64,000 bases of DNA. It comes from Treponema sp. (lineage in GTDB: Bacteria > Spirochaetota > Spirochaetia > Treponematales > Breznakiellaceae). Shown in pieces: positions 59,077 to 64,000 of the stretch. The stretch spans positions 458-64,457 of the forward strand of contig JAIRQF010000081.1 of NCBI GenBank assembly GCA_031256635.1, given 5' to 3'. The position numbers and the translations under genes are program-made. Each line of letters starts with the position of its first letter. Positions within the stretch are counted from its first letter, which is position 1. A model generated the notes under the pieces. It saw only the letters and a program-made list of their open reading frames with translations. It was not told the DNA's origin and searched no databases.

Positions 59077-59658
59077 ATGAATTTTGTAACAATTGATTTT
59101 GAAACAGCCATTTATTCACAGGAAAGCGCATGTTCTGTCGGCCTTGTCAGATTTCTGGACGGGAAAGCCGCCGATACTTTCTATTCGCTTATTAGGCCGC
59201 CTAAACTGTATATCCGCCCCGATTTTACGGAAATTCACGGATTGACGGTAGATGATGTAAAAGACGCTCCCGCCTTTAATGAGATTTGGGACAGCGGCAT
59301 AAAACCCTTTATCGGCGATCTTCCGTTAGCTGCTCATAACGCGCAGTTTGATATGGGGGTGCTGCAGGCGGTTTTACGGTGGTACGAGCTTGACATTCCT
59401 AAGCTGTCATATTTTTGTACTTGCCGTCTTGCCCGCCGCAGCTGGCCGCAGCTAAGATCGCACGCGCTGACTAATCTTGCCAAACATTTCGGCATTGTCT
59501 ACGAAGCCCATAACGCCCTTGATGACGCGATGACTTGCGGTAAACTGGTGCTGATGTCCGGCGAAAAATACGGCAGCAAAGATATCAAGCAGCTTCTTTC
59601 GCGCGCCGGAGTAAGAATGGATACATTGAAGGAGAATAGATATATTTCCAATAATTAG
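59077..59658 (+). CDS. DEDDh 3'-5' exonuclease (DnaQ-like)
   Basis: IDFETA, AHNAQFD, HNALDDA. Confidence 0.9.
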   Translation: MNFVTIDFETAIYSQESACSVGLVRFLDGKAADTFYSLIRPPKLYIRPDFTEIHGLTVDDVKDAPAFNEIWDSGIKPFIGDLPLAAHNAQFDMGVLQAVLRWYELDIPKLSYFCTCRLARRSWPQLRSHALTNLAKHFGIVYEAHNALDDAMTCGKLVLMSGEKYGSKDIKQLLSRAGVRMDTLKENRYISNN

Positions 59659-59685
59659 TTATAATTTCCAAAGGAGTATGCCTTT

Positions 59686-60633
59686 ATGAGCGATTCTGAA
59701 AAATTGAATGATATTCCGATCAGCTCTGTTGATTCACCGTCTGTAGTGCTGGAGCTTATCCACCAGCTAAAGATTAAAGATGTAATGACAACCGCTGTTC
59801 TTTCCGGTAACAAGAAACAGACAATGAGGCACATTCAGGCTTTATTGCGGGAAAACAAAGTGGCGGGTATTCCCATAGTTGAAGACAATAAGCTGATTGG
59901 GCTTGTCTCTACCGAAGATATTATTAACGCGCTTGATAAAGGATATATAAATTCTTTGGTAGAAGAAAAAATGACCAAAGATATTATTCATTTACAGGAT
60001 GACATGCCTTTATCATTCGCGATCTCATATATCAATAAATACAGGTACGGCCGGTTTCCCGTTCTTAACAAGAATAGTGAACTTGTCGGTATTCTTACAT
60101 CGTCTGATGTAATAAGGAGTTTGCTAATCGAGATGAACCGTGAAGTACTTCGGCTTGAGAAGCTGCACAAGGATTCTGTGGAAGCCGCTTATTCAATATT
60201 TTCCGAAATGGAGTTTACAACGACGCATTATAATTTTGAAACAGCCGGAAGAGCTTCTACCGAAATTAAAAAGGCCCTTAAACAAAGGAACTTTGATCCG
60301 AAATTAATCAGGCGGGTTGCCATTGCCTGTTATGAGCTTGAGATAAATCAGGTTGTTCATTCCAACGGCGGGGCCATGCGCTGCTCAATTTATCCTGATA
60401 AGGTGATAGTTGTCGCCGCGGATACGGGCCCCGGTATTGAAGATGTAAATCTTGCGCTGAAGGAAGGTTATTCCACTGCTAACGAATATATCCGTTCTCT
60501 TGGCTTCGGCGCCGGGATGGGCCTTGCGAACACAAAGAGGGTCTCTGACGAGTTTACGATTAATTCACAGCCGGGTAAGGGGACTACAGTCCGTTCTGTT
60601 GTGTTTGTGAACTCTGAAAAAGACGAGACTTAA
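59686..60633 (+). CDS. CBS-pair protein fused to an RsbT/RsbW-like Ser/Thr kinase
   Basis: Two CBS domains; ELEIN, DTGPGI, GYST, GAGMGL. Confidence 0.85.
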   Translation: MSDSEKLNDIPISSVDSPSVVLELIHQLKIKDVMTTAVLSGNKKQTMRHIQALLRENKVAGIPIVEDNKLIGLVSTEDIINALDKGYINSLVEEKMTKDIIHLQDDMPLSFAISYINKYRYGRFPVLNKNSELVGILTSSDVIRSLLIEMNREVLRLEKLHKDSVEAAYSIFSEMEFTTTHYNFETAGRASTEIKKALKQRNFDPKLIRRVAIACYELEINQVVHSNGGAMRCSIYPDKVIVVAADTGPGIEDVNLALKEGYSTANEYIRSLGFGAGMGLANTKRVSDEFTINSQPGKGTTVRSVVFVNSEKDET

Positions 60634-60654
60634 ATTTCATACAGGGAGCGTGAT

Positions 60655-60984
60655 ATGAAAATATCGGAAATTGCCGCCGCCATTAACGCTGAAATCTGTC
60701 AGAATGAATTTGAGGATTCCGATGTAACATGCGCGTATACGTCAGACCTTCTTTCCGATGTGATGGCGAACGCGAAAGACGGAGGCGCGCTTATTACCAT
60801 TCAGGCTCACAAGAACACTGTCGCCGTTGCCACGCTTGTAAATATTTCCGTTATTGTTATCTGCAACTCGCGCCCGCTTCCGGATGATATGCTGGAAGCG
60901 GCGGCGGACGAAAGCATCGCTGTTATCCGCACAAACGAAAATCAATTTACTGTTTCCGGAAAATTATGGGAATTATTTCATTAA
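60655..60984 (+). CDS. DRTGG-domain protein
   Basis: YTSDLLSDVM...LIT...N.VAVA pattern. Confidence 0.75.
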   Translation: MKISEIAAAINAEICQNEFEDSDVTCAYTSDLLSDVMANAKDGGALITIQAHKNTVAVATLVNISVIVICNSRPLPDDMLEAAADESIAVIRTNENQFTVSGKLWELFH

Positions 60985-61008
60985 ATTAACAACTTAACAG
61001 AGGTTATC

Positions 61009-61773
61009 ATGCTGGCTGATCTGCATAACCATTCCTGCCTTTCTCCGTGCGGATCGCTTGATCTTTCTCCCAAAAGCCTTCTTGAATTTGGAGCGGCGCG
61101 GGGACTTAAACTGATGGCCCTTACCGATCACAATTCAAGTCTTAACTGCCCCGCGTTCGCGAAGCTAAGCTCCCAATACGGCATTATACCAATCTTCGGA
61201 ATGGAAGCCTGCACTACAGAAGAAATTCATATCCTGTGTCTTTTTGTTAACTTGGACGCGTGTATGGCTTTCAGCGATTACGCCTACTCGATACTTACGC
61301 CCTTTATGAATGACCCGGAAAAAACAGGCGATCAGATCTATGTTGATGAAGATGAAAACATTGAAGGCGAGGTTGATTATTATCTGATTAACCCCATCGA
61401 TCTTTCCGTTGACGCTATCGGCGGGAAAGTAAGCGAGTACGGCGGCATTGTAATTCCCGCTCATGTGGACCGGCTTGCCTTTTCAATGACGAGCCAGCTC
61501 GGCGTTGTTGTCGAAGGCCCGTGGACAGCAGTTGAATGTGTACGCATTCCGCCTGTTGTAAACGGTTCGCCCCTGAACACATACCGTTACCCTCTTATAA
61601 CATCCTCGGACGCGCATTACTGCGAACATGTCGCGCGCCGTCCTTTTAATCTGGATGTAACCGCAAATGAGCTGCTTTCCGGCAGAAAAAAGAAGACATG
61701 CGGATATACCGAAGCCAATATGGAGGTATTTAAAGACGCGCTTACAAAAAGGCCTGCGCAGCCAATAGTGTAA
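61009..61773 (+). CDS. PHP-domain phosphoesterase
   Basis: DLHNHSCLSPC, ALTDHN, IPAHVDR, SSDAH. Confidence 0.88.
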   Translation: MLADLHNHSCLSPCGSLDLSPKSLLEFGAARGLKLMALTDHNSSLNCPAFAKLSSQYGIIPIFGMEACTTEEIHILCLFVNLDACMAFSDYAYSILTPFMNDPEKTGDQIYVDEDENIEGEVDYYLINPIDLSVDAIGGKVSEYGGIVIPAHVDRLAFSMTSQLGVVVEGPWTAVECVRIPPVVNGSPLNTYRYPLITSSDAHYCEHVARRPFNLDVTANELLSGRKKKTCGYTEANMEVFKDALTKRPAQPIV

Positions 61774-61821
61774 TTTTAATTGCTTGTGTAACAAGCTTAG
61801 ATATATTGATGAAATGTTTTT

Positions 61822-62376
61822 ATGCCTAAAGGAGGGATAATGAGATTTCCATTAAATTTAATTAAAATAACAGCCGTTTTTATTTTTTCCGCTCTTGTTT
61901 TTCCCGCCCTTTATGCCGCGCCTCTTGAATACGGTTATTCACTTGCGCCCGGAGCGGCGTATTCGGATACAGAAAGAGCTTTTGTGTTTTCAAATATACG
62001 GCAAAGGATTGTTAACGCCGCGGTACATTACATTGGCGTTCCTTATCAATACGGAGGCTCATCCTTAAGCGGACTTGACTGCTCCGGTCTTCTTTGTCTT
62101 ACCTTTATGGACGCTATCGGAGTAACGGTGCCACGCTCCGCTTCCGATCTTTTTACATGGTCTGAAAGAGTTGAAATAGAAGACGCGCAAAGCGGCGATT
62201 TACTGTTCTTCAGAACAGGCACAGGAGCGAATATCAATCATGTCGCTCTGTATCTTGGAAACGGACGCTTTATTCATTCGGCTTCTTCAGGGCCGCAGAC
62301 AGGTGTTATTTATTCAACCCTTGACGAACCTTATTACAACGGTTGCTTTGCAGGCGCCGGTAAAGCTTTTCCATAA
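61822..62376 (+). CDS. NlpC/P60 (C40) peptidoglycan endopeptidase
   Basis: GVPYQYGG..GLDCSG, GDLLFF, HVALY..FIHS. Start may be ATG 61840. Confidence 0.9.
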   Translation: MPKGGIMRFPLNLIKITAVFIFSALVFPALYAAPLEYGYSLAPGAAYSDTERAFVFSNIRQRIVNAAVHYIGVPYQYGGSSLSGLDCSGLLCLTFMDAIGVTVPRSASDLFTWSERVEIEDAQSGDLLFFRTGTGANINHVALYLGNGRFIHSASSGPQTGVIYSTLDEPYYNGCFAGAGKAFP

Positions 62377-62441
62377 TCATTCCTATTGCACAGCCTGTTT
62401 AATTTTCTCTATACTGAAATGACACAAAGTAAGAGGAAAAC

Positions 62442-62666
62442 GTGGCAAGGAAAGGAAAAATTACAATTGACCGCGAGATGTGCAAAGGATGCTATTTATG
62501 TATTCGCGCGTGTCCGCTAAAAATACTGGAAGCTGAAACTGTGATGAATTCATCAGGTTCATATCCTGTAAAAGTTATAAACGCGGAAAAATGCATCGCA
62601 TGCGGCAACTGCTACGAAGTCTGTCCCGATGTATGCATTGAGGTTTTTGAGCTGGGGGAAAAATGA
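62442..62666 (+). CDS. 2x[4Fe-4S] ferredoxin-like delta subunit of a 2-oxoacid:ferredoxin oxidoreductase
   Basis: CKGCYLCIRACP and CIACGNCYEVCP. Confidence 0.88.
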   Translation: MARKGKITIDREMCKGCYLCIRACPLKILEAETVMNSSGSYPVKVINAEKCIACGNCYEVCPDVCIEVFELGEK

Positions 62667-63724
62667 GCGAAAAAGTATTAATGAAAGGAAACGATGCAAT
62701 CTCAGAGGCCGCAATAAGAGCCGGCTGCGGCGCGTATTTTGGATATCCGATTACTCCTCAGAATGAAATACCTGCCTATATGGCAAAGCACATGCTCTCC
62801 CGCGGGAGAATATTCATTCAGGCTGAAAGTGAAATTGCCGCCATTATTATGGTTTACGGGGCTGCCTGCGCGGGAGTAAGAGCGATGACAAGCTCTTCAA
62901 GTCCCGGCATCAGTCTTAAGCAGGAAGGAATCTCATACGCGGCAGGCGCTGATGTCCCGCTTGTTATCGCTAATATTAACCGAGGAGGCCCGGGGCTTGG
63001 AAATATCGCTCCGGCGCAGAGCGATTATTTTCAGTCTACACGCGGAGGCGGACACGGCGATTACAAGTGCCTGGTACTCGCGCCAAAAAGCGTGCAGGAG
63101 TGCGCGGATTTAACATATCTCGCATTTGACCTTGCCGATAAATACCGTCTTCCGGTAATAATTCACGCGGACGGAATGATCGGGCAAATGATGGAAAGCT
63201 GCGTTCTGCCGCCTGAAAAAAAATTATCCAAATACGAATGGTCAGCAGGAGGCTGCGCCAATAGACCCGGTAAAGAAGCGGTTCACATCACATCAATTGA
63301 ACTTGTGCCTGAACTGCTGGAAGCCAAAACAAAGGAACGTTTTCTCCGTTATGAGCAAATAAAAAAAACTGAAATCCGTTATGAGGAAACAGACTGCCCC
63401 GGAGCGGAATTGATTATGGTGGCTTTCGGAACATCGGCGCGTGTTTGTTTTGGCGCGCAAAAGCTCGCGAAGAAAGAAGGAATCAAACTCGGCACTTTCA
63501 GGCCCATTACCCTGTGGCCTTTCCCTTATAAACAGCTTGGTAATAATATGCGCTGTCCTGTCTTAACGGTGGAAATGTCCGAAGGTCAATTAATTGATGA
63601 TGTGAAACTTTCCGCGTATTACGCAGGTTCCAAATCAGAGATTCATCTTTTGGCTCATTCAGGCGGCATCATACCGACAGAGGAAGAAGTGTTTGCCAAA
63701 GTGAAGGAAATATTAAAAAAATGA
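62663..63724 (+). CDS. vorB: 2-oxoacid:ferredoxin oxidoreductase alpha subunit (VorB-like)
   Basis: MKGN..I.EAA, GYPITPQNE, QAESE, TSSSSPGISL, RGGGHGDY. Confidence 0.85.
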   Translation: MSEKVLMKGNDAISEAAIRAGCGAYFGYPITPQNEIPAYMAKHMLSRGRIFIQAESEIAAIIMVYGAACAGVRAMTSSSSPGISLKQEGISYAAGADVPLVIANINRGGPGLGNIAPAQSDYFQSTRGGGHGDYKCLVLAPKSVQECADLTYLAFDLADKYRLPVIIHADGMIGQMMESCVLPPEKKLSKYEWSAGGCANRPGKEAVHITSIELVPELLEAKTKERFLRYEQIKKTEIRYEETDCPGAELIMVAFGTSARVCFGAQKLAKKEGIKLGTFRPITLWPFPYKQLGNNMRCPVLTVEMSEGQLIDDVKLSAYYAGSKSEIHLLAHSGGIIPTEEEVFAKVKEILKK

Positions 63725-64000
63725 AAAAGATATCAGGGTTCCCTGCAAGTTTAAAAAAAATTCAGACAAAGTACTGCGGCGGCTGCGGACACGGGATTAT
63801 ACACCGGATTATCTGCGAAATTATTGACGAAATGAATCTTCGGGACAAAACGATCATTACCCATCCTGTCGGCTGTTCGATATGGGCGGATTTATACTTT
63901 GATTTCGATTCTGTGCAGCCGCCGCACGGACGCACTCCCGCGGCGGCAACCGGAGTAAAGCGCGTTCATCCCGATCATCTTGTTATCTGCTATCAGGGAG
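63721..64000 (+). CDS. 2-oxoacid:ferredoxin oxidoreductase beta (TPP-binding) subunit, truncated by the window edge
   Basis: Manual translation MKKISGFPASLKKIQTKYCGGCGHGII...PVGCS...HGRTPAAATGVKR...YQG. Confidence 0.85.
   Translation, partial: MKKISGFPASLKKIQTKYCGGCGHGIIHRIICEIIDEMNLRDKTIITHPVGCSIWADLYFDFDSVQPPHGRTPAAATGVKRVHPDHLVICYQG

Noticed and set aside
141-62422. The many 60-147 aa ORFs antisense to or nested in called genes
   Set aside because: Shadow frames of well-supported genes with no recognisable motifs.

Overview
64 kb of ordinary-looking chromosome from a spirochaete. Gene content (Rpn nuclease, short SMC, GH10 xylanases, many Treponema-type hypothetical lipoproteins, hybrid kinases) points to a Treponema-like gut organism; this is inferred, not database-checked. 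Housekeeping genes include pth, lspA, rpmH-rnpA-yidD-yidC-jag, glyA, ctpA, rsmE, smc, clpB, cheR/cheB, glgP, parA/parB and a vor-type oxidoreductase operon. I found no rRNA, tRNA, CRISPR array or intact transposase. The most notable items: (1) a membrane-anchored LuxR-type regulator facing three 22-bp-phased direct repeats that abut the promoter of a tandem constant/variable lipoprotein pair; (2) a consensus sigma54 promoter upstream of an RpoS-like sigma factor, resembling the Borrelia RpoN-RpoS cascade; (3) three copies of a 111-bp MITE at gene ends, two supplying stop codons, with a core inverted relative to its ends; (4) a GH10 xylanase homolog apparently lacking its catalytic nucleophile; (5) an Rpn nuclease with a strong internal ribosome-binding site (candidate intragenic antitoxin); (6) rnpA with no canonical start codon; (7) a candidate preQ1-I riboswitch; (8) repeated leaderless-mRNA promoter geometry; (9) an SMC with no recognisable hinge. 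All domain calls are by-eye motif recognition.
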